A stretch of DNA of 64,000 bases. It comes from Lama glama. Taxonomy: Eukaryota. Location of the stretch: positions 45,014,001-45,078,000 of the forward strand of contig CM052816.1 of assembly GCA_028534125.1 (NCBI GenBank), in the 5' to 3' direction. Below the pieces are notes generated by a model. It was not told the DNA's origin, did no database searches, and was given only the letters and a program-made list of their open reading frames with translations. Shown here in pieces: positions 13,545 through 26,950 of this stretch; the stretch's first letter is position 1, and each line of letters opens with the position of its first letter. The position numbers and the translations under genes are program-made.

Positions 13545-16500
13545 GAGATTATTTTGTACAATCAACTACCTCCCCTGATAATCTGTTAACAAATGAGTTA
13601 ACTGTATATTCTTGGACCCCATTGGGGAAAAAAGTTTGAAAATGCCTTGCAAAATGAAACTCTCCATCACACATATCCAATGTTGGTAGGTGATAATACC
13701 ATTTCACAGATGAAAAAGTTCAAAAACAGATGCTAACAAAAAACAGACTTATGCAACATACCAAACAAAACAACATGAAAATTTAGGACAAAAGAAAACA
13801 GTATGTGGAAAATTCGAAGTGCAGAAGTATAGAATTTGTCAATAACTAGGTTAGAGTTTGTACCTGCAGTGCACTATGACACACAGCTAACAAGGAGCTG
13901 GAGAGCAAGTGAGTGCAGTTTTCCAACAATAACTTTGCCCTGCTGAACTCTCACCCCTCTAACCAGATGATTTCTACAGAGACAATCTACCTCAGTACCT
14001 ATGTTACTTAGTTTCATGCCTTGGTAAACGAATTTTAAAATCATTTTCAAGAGTACTGTTTCCTGATAGCCCTACACAAGTAATATGCAAAACAGTTTTG
14101 CATCACACAAAATCACTAGTTGCCAAAACAGTGATTCCCCACAATGAAAATTATTTATTCTGCATTTATTATTTATATCAGTGTACTTTATTGGTATACA
14201 GTTTATAAAAAATATATTCTCCCCATCCCCTATTAATCACAATTTTAAAACTGCCTGGAGCCAGATAATACAGTTAGATCTCAGAATTAAAATAACTTTT
14301 TTTCAGCTTACATTTTAAAACATCAGTACAGCTTTCATTTATTTTTCCATCCTCCTTCAACATTGGAAATTAAATTTCATTAACTCTTTTTCTAACACCT
14401 GGGAGATTTTTACTTGAGGTTTTCGCTTTTCTTTACCCATCAAAGAACTGCTACAATAGTTTTCAAAAGTGTCATAAGCCACAATCTAAACTGATTTGAT
14501 CATTCATGAAACTGGCATCATTCACACTTGCCAGCTTTAGCTACCAAAATTAGGAATGACCTTTTATATTCCAGTGAAGTAAATCACCTACTAAGGTAGG
14601 TGAACAAATGGATCAGCAGGAAAACCTTATTATCACATCCTACGCCTAAGGAAATTTGCTGGTGACCCATTACCAGCCCCAGAGCTAATATTTATTTTGC
14701 CCAACTACAAATCTACAAATCAAAATCTCTCCTTTTTTCTCCCTCCTTCACTTCCTACCTTCCCCTCCTCTCCCCCACCCTCTACCTTCCTCCAGCCCTC
14801 TCTCTCTGTTTCTGAAATGTTTCCAGTTCAATGTGCTGGATCAATCAATCCCAGCTCAACAAACTAGCTCCCAAATAGAGACAGACACAGGAAGAGAAAA
14901 CGTTATGACTTACGAGTTGCTAAAAGCCTCCATGGAGCCTTTTCCTTTATGTAACAGTTTACATTGCCCCCAAATTCCCACACTAATAACCACAGAAGTT
15001 TAAGTCCTGGTCTCTCCAGATCAACTCTGTTAAAGTACATACTGCTGCCCTTAGTAAATCAGCGCATGAACAGCCACTAACATGGAAGGGGGCCGTGTGC
15101 TAGGGATGAAAACCCGCAAGCAGAAAGTAGCACAGACCCAGATAATTAGCTCTAGTGTGATCTAGTCCTAGTAGAAACACAGATATAAAGGCAGAGATGA
15201 ACAAATGGGAAGGTATAAGAACTAAGCTACAATCTGAAAGGATATAAGGAAAAGTCTGTAAGGTGGATTGCTTCAGTCAGAACAGCAGGAACAGGTGCAC
15301 ATTTGTATGACATGCAGACTTATAACTTTTTTAGATGTTTTAACATTGGCACAAAAGTGAATATTTATTTAGAATGAAAAAATAAATAACAATGAATTAC
15401 TTATTTTTTAAAGCTGACATATCTGACAGACTTTTAAAACTATTTTTTACAAGTTTTTATCTGTATACTCGCTGACCATTTCCTTAAATGACAATTAGCT
15501 CATATTTTCTACAGATAGAAAAGTCCTTCAAACTTCCTTCTAGCATCGTTGGCAGATTTTTGTTTTTTATTACAAGTAGATTCTAAAAGTTTCTCTTACT
15601 TTCACAATGACTAACGTGTAATGTCGAATAAATTTTTAGGATTTTTTTTTCAAATTTGATAACGCTTCTCATTAAATTTATTTTCACATATGACTGATTT
15701 CTGGTCTTGTGTGTTTCAAACCTTGTTTCTCTTCTCTGCCTACATAATTTCAGTGCCAAGAACACGTTCACACTGTAAACATTCCCAGTCCTACACCTTT
15801 GAATGCAGTGCCCACACAGAGCCAGGAGCTTTTGGTTGTGAAACCGCACGTTAAACATCAAACACACATCAGCAGCCATTTCCTTTTTAAAACATTTCTC
15901 TGCAACCAAGTCGCAAGATACAGAAGCATTTAGAGTATCAAGCAAATCTACACCCGCTTTTAATTGTATGTTAAATGGAGTAAATCACAGGAATTTGCTG
16001 ATAATTTCCTCCTCACCAGAGCAGTTGCTTCTTGTGATTTGGCTTTCTTCCAGGACTTTTTAGATAGCAGTGCTGACCAAATTATCCTGTTATTCAGAAA
16101 GCTCAATGAAACATTAGATCATATTTATTTTCAATAATTAAATTCATACCCAGCTGCCGAACAAGAAAAGCAATCCTCCTAACGCAAATCAAACTCAGCT
16201 TTAAAAAGACACCCATCGCTTACAAAGAGTGCATGTAATGAACCGGAATATCCTACGTTTAAAGCTACACACAGCAACGTGAGCAACTGTGAATGCATTC
16301 ATTTACAGGCAGTGGGGGATGTCTTCCTACTCACATTATTTCATTCTTACAAAATGTAATGTTCTATCTAAACTAACAGTTTATTAAAGAATTGATAATC
16401 GTCCCCAAAGTGCTTAATACAGAAGCTAGATTTTAAAACCATGAAATAAAAACAGTATTTCCATAGGTTAACTGAAGCCATCTATTCACACTTTTCTTAG

Positions 16501-16742
16501 GATGATGATGAAATTTCTAGTTTGTGTCACCGTAATTTTATAAAATTAAGAAACTAACTATATGGGTTTTTAACTCTGATTTTAGTAATTTACTAAAATG
16601 TGGAGACCTAAAAATACTTCTTTATCACTCATTTGGTCCTTAGATAACTCCTACAGAAAAAAATGTTTAGGAGTTCAAGACAAAACAAATATATTTTAAA
16701 ATTCACTTTGATTATAAACAATAGTAAAATGTTGCTTAAAGT

Positions 16743-16914
16743 CAGCTGTTCTCAATTTTGGATGCACATTAGAATCAACTGGGGAGCTTTTAAAACTACT
16801 ACTATCCAGACCACACCCCAAATTAATTAGGATTTCTGCATATAAGACCCAGGCATCAGTATTTTTAGAGGTCCCAAGTGATTGTGATGTACATTAAAAA
16901 GTGAGAACAATCGC
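16743..16914. mobile_element. MER5-family hAT MITE
   Basis: gttctcaattttggatgcacattagaatcaactggggagctttt...cccaggcatcagtatttt...gtgagaac. Confidence 0.8.
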
Positions 16915-16999
16915 ATTGCACTGTATTTGTAATGAGCTGGCAGGCAAGAACAGACAAGAATATTTGCTGTTATTGAATTCAGAGAAAAAAGCTGTAGAA

Positions 17000-18580
17000 A
17001 GTACCAAAGTCATTCCCAATCTCTCCAGGCAAGAGGTCCTCAAAGTAAGAAATATTTTCAGGGTAAAGATTATTTTAAGGATGTGGCTACAAGACTTTCT
17101 GTTAAGACTTCAGAAAAACTGACCCTCTCTACTATTCCAACTAGTGTCTACGACATACACACTTTGTCTCACAAGCCAGAGAGGGATCCATCTTGAAGAG
17201 ACTTGTGGGTGTGACTTTTATGTAATGGCATAAACCCCAACAAGATTCATTGAAAACTTCTAAGAAAATTATACTAACAGGAGCACCTAGCTTAGACTAA
17301 AAGGGACAAGGAAGAAGAGCTATAGTGTCATCAATATTCTACGGAGAGGTGAAAGCAGGTTTAGTCTACCCAACCACCACATGGGCCATGGAAAAGGAAG
17401 GATAACAGACAGAACCAAAGATCTTAGAGGGTATAGCCAACAGCACAGAGACTTATAACCAGGGCAGAACCAGGGTCTGATCAACGAACTGGCAACCTGT
17501 GTCCAGCTGGGTTTCAGAACTGCAACTGACTAGGGGACTCGTTTTCTGCCATAACAAATTATCATAGATTTAGTGAATTGACTCCACACAAATTGATGAT
17601 CTGGTAGTTCACTAGATCAGAAATTGGGTTCAAGTTTCACTAGACTAAAACCAAGGTGCTGGCAGGGCTTTCTGGAGGCTTTAAGACAAAATCTGTTTCC
17701 TGTTCATTCTGGTTTTGGTAAAATTCAGGACCTTGAGATTACAGGAATGAGTTTCCAGTTTTCTTGCCGGCCACAAGAGGAGAGCCATTTCCAGCTTCTG
17801 GAGGTCATCATATTCCTCGGCTTGTGGCCTCTGTTCTCTGTCTTCACTTCCAGCAGCAGCCTTTCTCTGATGTACTCTTCTGCCTTCTTCTTCCACTTTT
17901 AAGGACTCAGGTGATTCAGGTGACCTGGACAATCCAGAATAACCTTCCCATCTCAAGTCCTTAACCTTAAGCACATCTACAAAGCGCTTTTTGCCATGTA
18001 AAGTAACATATTTAGAGATTCTGGGGACTAGGATGTGGATATCCTCCAGGGGCATTTTTCTACCTACCATAATCACTAAGTGGTAAAGCCTTTTGTCCTC
18101 CTCCTTTTTAATGGGAGTGTCTTGTGCAGTGAACCTATCTCTGTCTTTCCAAGGTACATGTTGGGGCGGGGAGGGCTAACAGCAGGGAAGATGAACAGAT
18201 AACCAGTCTCTTTGGTGCACAGGTCTTCAGAGCAACTGGATCTGAACTCAAGAAGCTGTATCCAAGGAACCACAGGTAAGGGGCCTCAGCCATATCTGGG
18301 TCTGATTTAGATAAAAAGCTCCTGGATTTTGAGTTGAGGCTATAGCAGAATGACATTTTGGAAAAGCTTGGAAGGGGTACATATGTTTTGCATGTGAGAG
18401 GAACGTAAATAGTCTGCAACCAGAAAGCAGACTGTGGTAGACTGAAGATGACAGCAAATTCTTCATAGTCCTCCCAGTGAGACATGGAGCCTACATCCCC
18501 TCCCCTTGAGTCCTGTGACTGCTTTGTCCAACAGAGTGTGGCAGAAATGATGCAGTGTGACTTCCCAGACTGATTACTGT
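17000..18580 (+). mobile_element. MLT1 internal region plus start of 3' LTR, interrupted by an MLT1D
   Basis: Internal-region motifs shared with 780-2149; LTR start gactgtggtagactg at ~18432. Confidence 0.6.
17540..18071 (-). mobile_element. MLT1D solo LTR
   Basis: cccatctcaagtccttaaccttaagcacatctacaaagcgctttttgccatgtaaagtaacata, typical of MLT1D. Confidence 0.85.
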
Positions 18581-18689
18581 GTCTGTCAATAAGAGAATGC
18601 TCAAAAAACATATGTCAAGCGGCTGGATAAATTAAAAACCTACCCTCTGTAGAAGTCAGGGCAGAGGATTACTTTAAATATTCATAATT

Positions 18690-18885
18690 GTATATGGTCA
18701 CATAACCACTTTGGAAGCTTACTATGTACCAGGCAGCATGCAAAGTGCTTTTATATGTGTATTATAATTGTAGTATCTGTACTTCATAGATAAGAGCAGA
18801 GAGATAAAGTGATGTGACTATAATCATACAGTTAGTAAGTGGCTTGACTAGTGTTCAAATCTGGGTCCCTCTAATGCCAGAATCT
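18690..18885 (-). mobile_element. MIR SINE
   Basis: gcttactatgtaccaggca...aagtgcttt...tcatacagttagtaagtggc. Confidence 0.7.
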
Positions 18886-18929
18886 TCTTGCCTGCTTTCT
18901 TTCTTCTTACTTTATTTCTTTCTAACTTT

Positions 18930-19220
18930 CTTTTTAAAGTTATTGATATAAACAGTCCCAAAAAAAACACAAATAGTGTAAAAAGTGTACAGTGAAAAGT
19001 ATATCTCCCTCTCACCTCTCATCCTGGTCTCCTGTTCCTGTCCTCAAAGAAAAGCATGGCTACTTGTTTCCCATGTATTGTTCTAAATATACCTTAGGCA
19101 TATACAGACATACGTGAGTATCTCTTTTTACACAAATGGTAGTCTTTTAAACACAGTAATTCAACTTTTTTCTCATGTAACCATATGTCTCCAAAACTGT
19201 TAAACACTATACTGCATTCA
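18930..19220 (-). mobile_element. Old L1 (L1ME-like) fragment
   Basis: tacagtgaaaagt...ctccctctcacc...tttttacacaaatggtag. Confidence 0.55.
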
Positions 19221-20096
19221 CATACACACACACACAAAGAGGGAAAAACTAGGAAGTATCAGAGTAATTTGAGGCCGTATAATTGTTTAAACAATTAAAT
19301 ATTAATGTGGCTGAAACAAATCAAATATTTTATTCCTTAGGTTTTTTTAATTAAATCTTTTAAATATGGGTTCTATTCCTTATAATAGTTTAGGAGCATC
19401 TACTATTATGTTCATTAAGCAAAGGAAAAAAACAAGCAATGTAACTTAAGTAGTAATATTAAAGTTTTACTCAAGGGATAGACACCAAAGAATCTTATAA
19501 GGTGAACGGCAGAGGATTACGTCTGACACTATTTAACTAATTTTAACTAACTGCTAAGGGAAAAAATGAGGGGTATACAAAGAAAAAATATGGACATTTT
19601 CCCCAGAGTTATGAAATATTTCTTTTAAGCCTTCTGAACCTGAATCTAATTATCATATGGAAAAAAGTTATCTTGGCTACCTCTTCACTGAGTTTGCTTC
19701 CATCTATTATAGATACAAAATAAAATTTGAGCAGAAGTTTTCTGAGGAGGAAGCAGAAAAGTTTTATTAGTATAAAAGGAGAAAATATAAATTTTACAGA
19801 AGATGAAAGGAAGATTTTGCAATATGAAAGATTAATTCAATACTCCAAGAACCACTCTTCTGGAACAGACATTTATGTTCAAAAATATGAGAAAATTATC
19901 AAACTGCATCTTTCAGGATAAATTTGGCCAATAAATGTCAGACAGAATAAAACTATCAATTAATAAAACCTGTCTTTCCTTTAGTAGTAAGGAAAAAAAT
20001 GGCCCAAATGTTTGGTTATAAATTTTTCATCACACTTGTGTAGCTTATACATCAAAGTGACACCCTAAATAATATATATACACAAATAATTCACAT

Positions 20097-20500
20097 TTGT
20101 CTTAGTTTGGATTTCCCCTAGAAGCACACACTGTGATAAGGATCCTAGTACAAGTAGCCAATTTGGAAGGAGATCTCAGGAAACACTTTGGTAGAGTGGG
20201 AAGTCTAGGAAGGGGGTTTTATCAAGGCAGTTAGTACTGTGGCAACCAGACTTAAGACTCAAGGAGGACTCTGACGGTCAATGTCAAACATGCCCAAAAT
20301 AAGGATAAGGGAGCCTGAGCATTTAACCATTAACAGTCATTGATGGAAAGCTACTCCCCAAAAGTGTTGATTCATGGATGCTTCTGACCTGCTGAGAACC
20401 CAGGAAGGGGGTTCAGACCCAGAGAAAGCCCTCAGCCAGTGGCAGAGGGTTTGCACTACAGGGGTGAGTGGGACCTGATGGGATATGGATGGTCTATGCT
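20097..20500 (-). mobile_element. ERVL LTR (LTR33/LTR16-like)
   Basis: tgtcttagtttggatttcccctagaagcacacactgtgataagga start. Confidence 0.55.
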
Positions 20501-20511
20501 GTATTTCAGAC

Positions 20512-22182
20512 CAGGGGTAGGCAAAGGGTTTCTGTAAAGGTCCAAAGAGTAAACATTCTAAGCTTTGCAGCCCATTACAATCTTAGTCGCATCTGTTCAA
20601 CTGTGCAGTTGTAGCACAAAAGCAGCCACATACCATACATAAATGAATGAGTCTGGCTGTGTCTCAATGAAACTTTATGTTGGCATAAAAACAGACATAT
20701 GTATCAATGGAACAGAATAGAGAGCCCAGAAGTAAACCCACAGACCTATGGTCAATTAATCTCTGACAAAGGAGGCAAGAATATACATAGGCAAAACATT
20801 TTCTCACATAAGTCTTAGCAATGTTCTGCTAGAGAAGTCTACCCAGGCAATAGAATACAAGCAAAAATAAACAGATGGGACCTAATTAAACTTATAAGCT
20901 TTTGCACAGCAAAGAAAACCATAAGCAAAACAAAATGACCATCTACAGAATGGGAGAAAATATTGGCAAATGATGCAACTGACAAAGGCTTAATTTCCAA
21001 ATATATATATATATATATACAGCTCATACAACGTAATAACAAAAAACAAACAGCCCAATCCAAAAACGGGCAGAAGACCTAAACAAGCAATTCTCCAGTG
21101 AAGACATACAAATAGTCAATAGGCACATGAAAAAATGCTCAGTATCACTAATTATCAGAGAAATGCAAATCAAAACTACAATGAGGTATCACCTCACACC
21201 AGTCAGAATGGCCATCATTCAGAAATCCACAAACAATAAATGCTGGAGAGGGTGTGGAGAAAAGGAAACTCTCCTACACTGTTGGTGGGAATATAGTTTG
21301 GTGCAGCCATTATGGAAAACAGTAGGGAAATTCCTCAAAAAACTAAAAATAAACTTACCATATGATCCAGCAATCTCCCCACTAAGTATATATCCAGAGA
21401 GAACTCTAATTCAAAAAGGTACATGCACCCCAATGTTCACAGTAGCACTATTTACAGTAGCCGAGACATGGAAGTAACCTAAATGTCCATCGACAGATGA
21501 CTGGATAAAGATGTTGTGGTATATTCATACTATGGAATACTACTCAGCCATAAAAAGGTAATAAAATAATGCCGTTTGCAGCAACATGGATGGACCTGGA
21601 GATTGTCATTCTAAGTAAACTAAGCCAGAAAGAGAAAGAAAAATACCATATGATATCACTCATACGTGGAATCTAAAAAAAAGGGGAAAAAATGACACTA
21701 TGAACTCATCTACAAAACAGACTCACAGACATAGTAGACAATCTTACAGTTACCAGGGAAAGAGGGTGGGAAGGGATAAAGTGGGGAGTTTGAGATTTGC
21801 AAATGTTAGCCACTATATATAAAAATAAGATTTAAAAAAACAAGTTTCTTCTGTATAGCACAGGGAACTATAGTCAATATTTTGTAATAACCTTTAATGA
21901 AAAAGATAATGAAAATGAATATATGTATGTCTATACATGACTGGGACATTGTGCTTTATACCAGAAATTGACACATTGTAACTGATTATACTTCAATTAA
22001 AAAAAAAATTATGGACACTGAATTGTGAATTTCATGTAATTTTCATGCATTACATACAAAATGTCATTCATTTTTCAATTTTTCTCAACCACTTAAAAAT
22101 GCAAAAACTATTACTTTTGCAGCCATACAAAAATAGGTGGTAGGCTATGTTTAGCCCACTAGCTATAGTTTGCCAAGCCCTG
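20512..22182 (+). mobile_element. MER58B hAT MITE split by an L1 insertion
   Basis: TIRs caggggtaggcaaa / tttgccaagccctg; 8-bp TSD tttcagac (20504-20511) / tttcagaa (22183-22190). Confidence 0.85.
20680..22008 (+). mobile_element. Lineage-specific 5'-truncated L1 (ORF2 C-terminus, 3' UTR, poly-A)
   Basis: ORF 21127-21477 matches the L1 ORF2 C-terminus ([11 protein letters not shown]...CWRGC...LLHCWWE); cetartiodactyl-type 3' UTR; poly-A; ttatg on both flanks. Confidence 0.95.
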
Positions 22183-22889
22183 TTTCAGAATATGAATATA
22201 TTTACCAAACATTTATAAAATCCCATGGGAGATAACATTCAATTTGCAAGAATTTCATAGAGTAGTATTTAATAACCAATCTAATATAAAAACTGCCCTA
22301 GTGTTTTGAAAATAGTTTATTTCCATTTTAGTCTACTAATCTATGCTGGAGTGATGAATGAGTTATTAAATTAAATGAACACATACATGAAAATCTAATA
22401 CAAATTATCTCAGACTTGTTCAAAAGCTGTTAGAGTTCACCTAATTAACCTGCTCTTCTGTCAGAGTAACCTTATATTTGATAGCTGCCCAAAAAAACAC
22501 ATGAACTACTGTATCACAGTTTTTCATCAGTCTTAAGTGCATGTGCTAATCTGCATATTTAAATCAACTGTGGCATCTACATAATGCAATCTAAATAAGT
22601 AAGAACAGAATGTCACTTTATAGAAGGGACTTACTTAGGTCAACTGGTTGGAAGGTGGGGCTAGTCTTGGCAGATGTTTGCAAAACAATGTTACTTTTCT
22701 TTAGATTGTAAATTTGTGTGGGACAGATGAATAGGGAAGAAATGCTGCACATTACAGAAAGGTGTAATCTCTTCCTTAAAGTGCCCCTTGAAGTCAGTAC
22801 TACAGCGGCAAAAGTGTCAGAGAACCTAAGCTCAACCTCCCACAGAGAAGCATGTTACCTTGGGGAATCCATCTGACCCCTCTGATCAT

Positions 22890-24500
22890 CATTTGTTTTA
22901 AAAATAGTCATTAAACACCAATTGTAACTATGCAAAAAGCACTTTCTAGATGCTGGAAATGATCAGATCCTGTCTTTTAAAAGTCCAAAATTCAATGGAC
23001 ATATCACAACAATTCAACATGGTAAGTGCTCGATTTAAACATGTACATAAATGCGGCATGGAATTTCAGAAGACAGAGTGACTAACAAGTGTCACACAGA
23101 TAAATTCTTAAAGGGTAAGCATGGCATGGCACACTGTGCGAAGGACTTTAGAATTTATCCTGCAGACAGTAAAGAGACAAAAAGTATCTGAGACAGAGTG
23201 TGACACACACTGGAGCACAGGCAGCAGAGCTGAGATAAGCAGTCAGACTGAGAGACATATCTGAGCTAAAGTGGGCTGGACTTCCCTGATTAGATGTGAG
23301 ATGAAACAGAGCAGTCGTCAGCGAGGATTCACGTGGCTATCTTGGTGGACCAGGTGAACGGTGTGGACATAGATCTTGAGATACAGGAAGAAAAGAAGTT
23401 TGGAGAGAAAAATAAAAGTTTGGCTTTGAAAAAAGGATGTTTAAGTTACCTGTATTGTAACCAGAATACTCATAGTAATAGCAGCCTAAAATTAAAGAAA
23501 TGTCTGAGCTAAAGTGTTAGGTTTAGGAACCTCTAACCCATGGAGACCTATGAGAGAAAACAGAAGAGGCTGAAGACAAAATTCTGGTAGACACAAAAGT
23601 GTTCCTGTGTGTAAAATGATATAATTATGGGCCTTAGAGAAGTATTCTGAATGCACAGACAGGATTCAAGAAGTTCTACCAAAAGTTATTTATTTGTTGA
23701 TTCAGCCAATATTTATCAAATACGTCCTAGGTACAAAGCCCAGTTCTAGGTCATAGGTTTGCAGCAAATAACCAGATAGACAAATTTTATGACACAGAAC
23801 TTTCAGTGTGTCATGGAGACCCATCTAACAAAGAAGTAAAATAATTCTAGACTATTCCAAGTACTACAAAGCAAATGAGGCCAGTACTAGGTCTGAACAG
23901 CAAGGGATCTACTTAGAAATTTGTTATTACTATGTTTTTAATTATGGTTTGCCAGGACCAAATTTCTCTGAGGAGATTTCATTTAAGCTGAGACCTGAGA
24001 GAAAAGATAAAGGAAGCATTTCAGGAAAATGATACCAAATGCTTTTGTAAGAAAGAGCTTGATCGGTTCTTAAAACTGCCAGAATGGCCTGCATGACCAG
24101 TAGTTATGAAGCCAGAAAGACGTGAAGGTAAAGACGGAGGTAAGGGACAGATCTTTTAAATCTTGTAAAACATGAGATTAGGATCTGAAAGTTGAAAACA
24201 AAAAAGAAAGGAGTGGAAGATGACTCCCAATTTTCTGACTTGAGTAACTCTATAGATAGTTGTATAATTTGCAGAGGAAATGGAGACCTGGGAACAAACA
24301 AACTGGGGGCTAAAATCTATACTTTGATTTATACATATTAGGTGGAAGTACATGGGAATGGCTGAGTAAGGAATGTCAAAAAGGCATTTGGGTATATGAG
24401 TCTATAGTTAAGAGGAGAGGTTTCGACTGAAGAAATACTTAGGGAGTTTTTACCTTATATGTGATATTGTAAGGTATGAGAAGAAATGAAATTATCTGAC
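22890..24500 (-). mobile_element. L2 fragments
   Basis: aatatttatcaaatac...catttaagctgagacctga...gaagatgactcccaattttctgacttgag. Confidence 0.7.
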
Positions 24501-24559
24501 AAGGGTGATATACCATTTAGCCAATGTCTGCTAAATGAATGAGTAAACAGCCCAATAAA

Positions 24560-24790
24560 AATATGTCTTATAAGTCAGGCAGATAAAGATTTAAATTTTG
24601 ACAGTGCCACTTGTGAGCTGTGTAACCTCAGGTAAATTACCTAACCATGCTCAGTACAATTTTCTCATTTGTAAAAGTGGAAACAATAATAAATAGCTCA
24701 CTTGGTTGGTTTTAGGACTAATGAAATGATGGGTATAATGAGCTTAAGACTGCATGGAATATAGCAAATTCCAATAAGTGTTAACTTTCC
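24560..24790 (+). mobile_element. MIR SINE
   Basis: gccacttgtgagctgtgtaacctcaggtaaattacctaacc...tttctcatttgtaaaag. Confidence 0.75.
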
Positions 24791-25825
24791 ATCACCCTGC
24801 TTCTACACTACATGCCATGGGTGAAGCTTCTTACTGTACATTACCAAAGCTTTTGATGTGCCAAATAGAGGACTATTTCCTCTCCCTTCCTGCCTTCCCC
24901 TCCTCCCCCTCCCCTTCATACACACACACACATACACACACACATATCCTTGCTTCTCTTTTTCTCTTTCTGTCCAAACCCACTGAATGCTTGCTTTATA
25001 CTTAATGCTTCCTTTGGATAATAGAGACAGTAGTGAACAAAGTGTAGTAGGAAAGAACACAAACAACCCTTTACCGTTCATTATCCTAAAAACAGAATTA
25101 AAGCAAATACCCACGTAATCTAATTAACAATGATAAAATCAGTCCTTACAAAAGAAAAAAAGGTGAAAAAATCGATCAGTTCAGTTTTTCTGAGCAATTG
25201 TAATCATTCTATTAAAGTTGGCTTTCTCCCAAAACATTAGCATTTATGTTCTTAACCTCTTAGATTTCTTCCTTGAGCAGTAAAACTGAGGCAACACCGT
25301 TTGATTTGCAGGGTGGCGATGGGGAGTGAGACTACATCCTGAAAGCATCTAGCACAAGGCTGAGTACAATGCAGACAATTAGCAAAGTTATTTCCAGCTC
25401 CCTTCCCCTTCTCCTTCTTGTATTTTAAAAATAATTTCTGAAATTAGACACACACACACCTGTAACTCAAGCTTTTATAGAAGCGTGCAAAAATAAATTT
25501 AAATCTCATTGAACATAGACAAGTCTAACTTCTTTTTGGAAAAGAATATTCTTTATATTAAGAAAAAAGTGGCAGTTTTATTTGTGTATTGTTCTCAAAA
25601 ATTAATTAAGTACAAACATAAAAGATTCACTCAAGATTGAAACCCTGTCATATAAATGTAAATAGCTTCTATTATAGAGAAATAGGTCTTTGTTTTATGT
25701 GCATTAAGTCCTTGAAATTTATATTTGAGATAATTTTACTTATTTACTTACTGGTATTTATTAGAAAGTATAATCACAGTAGTTATTGAAAAAAGTCACA
25801 AAAGGGAATCCAAAAAGTTGGTATT

Positions 25826-25844
25826 TGACCAGCAGATGGCACCA
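25826..25844 (+). promoter_or_regulatory. CTCF motif
   Basis: TGACCAGCAGATGGCACCA matches the core CCASYAGRKGGCRS exactly. Confidence 0.7.
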
Positions 25845-26582
25845 AGCTCCCAAAAATCTTCGTGCCTGGAGAACAGAACAGCTTTCAAAAGTTAATTCAG
25901 AGCTAGAAGGTTAATCAATTGCTTTATGGATGTTGGTGGTTACATACAAAACCATCTTGAAGAATCATGGGAAGTCATTCCCTAAGAGTCAACTCTTTTA
26001 TGCGATCCTACCAGATTTTCACTTTGCTGTTCATATTTTAATCTACCCTGTTGAAAAGATACTTTTCACTGCCAGACCTTTACCACATAAGCTCAGTGAA
26101 TGAAGAAAAAATGCTAAATGCAATTACTCCCACCTCTTTATTTTTAGTTATATTTAAATCCAAAATAACACGGTATAAAAGTATTCAAAGCAGCTTTCTC
26201 AGGATAAGTAAGGTTTGTAGTTGGAAGTTGAAATATTTTAGATGTATTAAAGAGACATGGAAATTCCATTCTTGAGAATTGCATATCTGCTTCTTTTCAA
26301 AGGAGTTTAACCTTCATATGTATTTTAGTTTTCCATTTGCCACTTTCAGTATTTCACTGTATATTTTAAAATCTGTTCTACGTGTTTCTAGATGATACCA
26401 TGAGATTTTTGAGACTTTGGTATTGATCCCATTGAAATGATTCAGGTTTCAATGTTGTTCTTTATTTTTAAATACAAGAAATAGAATATGTTGAAATTAC
26501 AGGTATTTTAGACATTTCAAATAAATTAAATTTAAATTATCAATAAAGAAAATTAGAAATGTTATCTTTTTTAATTGAAGTT

Positions 26583-26950
26583 TGTATTGGTATCAATAGC
26601 TTAAGCTGTGCTGCTATTATCGACAGCCTTCAAAATCTCAGTGGATTAAGAAACAAAGGTTTATTTCTTGCTCACACTTCAAGTCCATTTTGGGTTGTTT
26701 GGGGCTCTCTTTCACATCACATTTGCTCTAGGATCCAAGCTAGGGGTAATTATCAGCTGGAATCTTCCTTCTCTCTATGGCACAGGGAAAGAGAGGTAGT
26801 AAACCTACAGTTGCTCAAAGCTTCCATCTGGAAGTAACAATTCACTTTCACTCACATCTTATTAGCCAAAACCAGTCACCCAGATACACCTAATACCAGG
26901 AGACCTAGAAAGCAGAAAGGTGGAAATATATTGGTGAAGAGTCACTACAT
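26583..26950 (-). mobile_element. MaLR LTR (MLT1K/L-like)
   Basis: aaaatctcagtggattaagaaacaaaggtttatttcttgctcacac...ctcacatcttattagccaaaacc. Confidence 0.7.

Noticed and set aside
21127..21477. 116-aa ORF as a host gene
   Set aside because: It is the C-terminal remnant of L1 ORF2 in a 5'-truncated copy.
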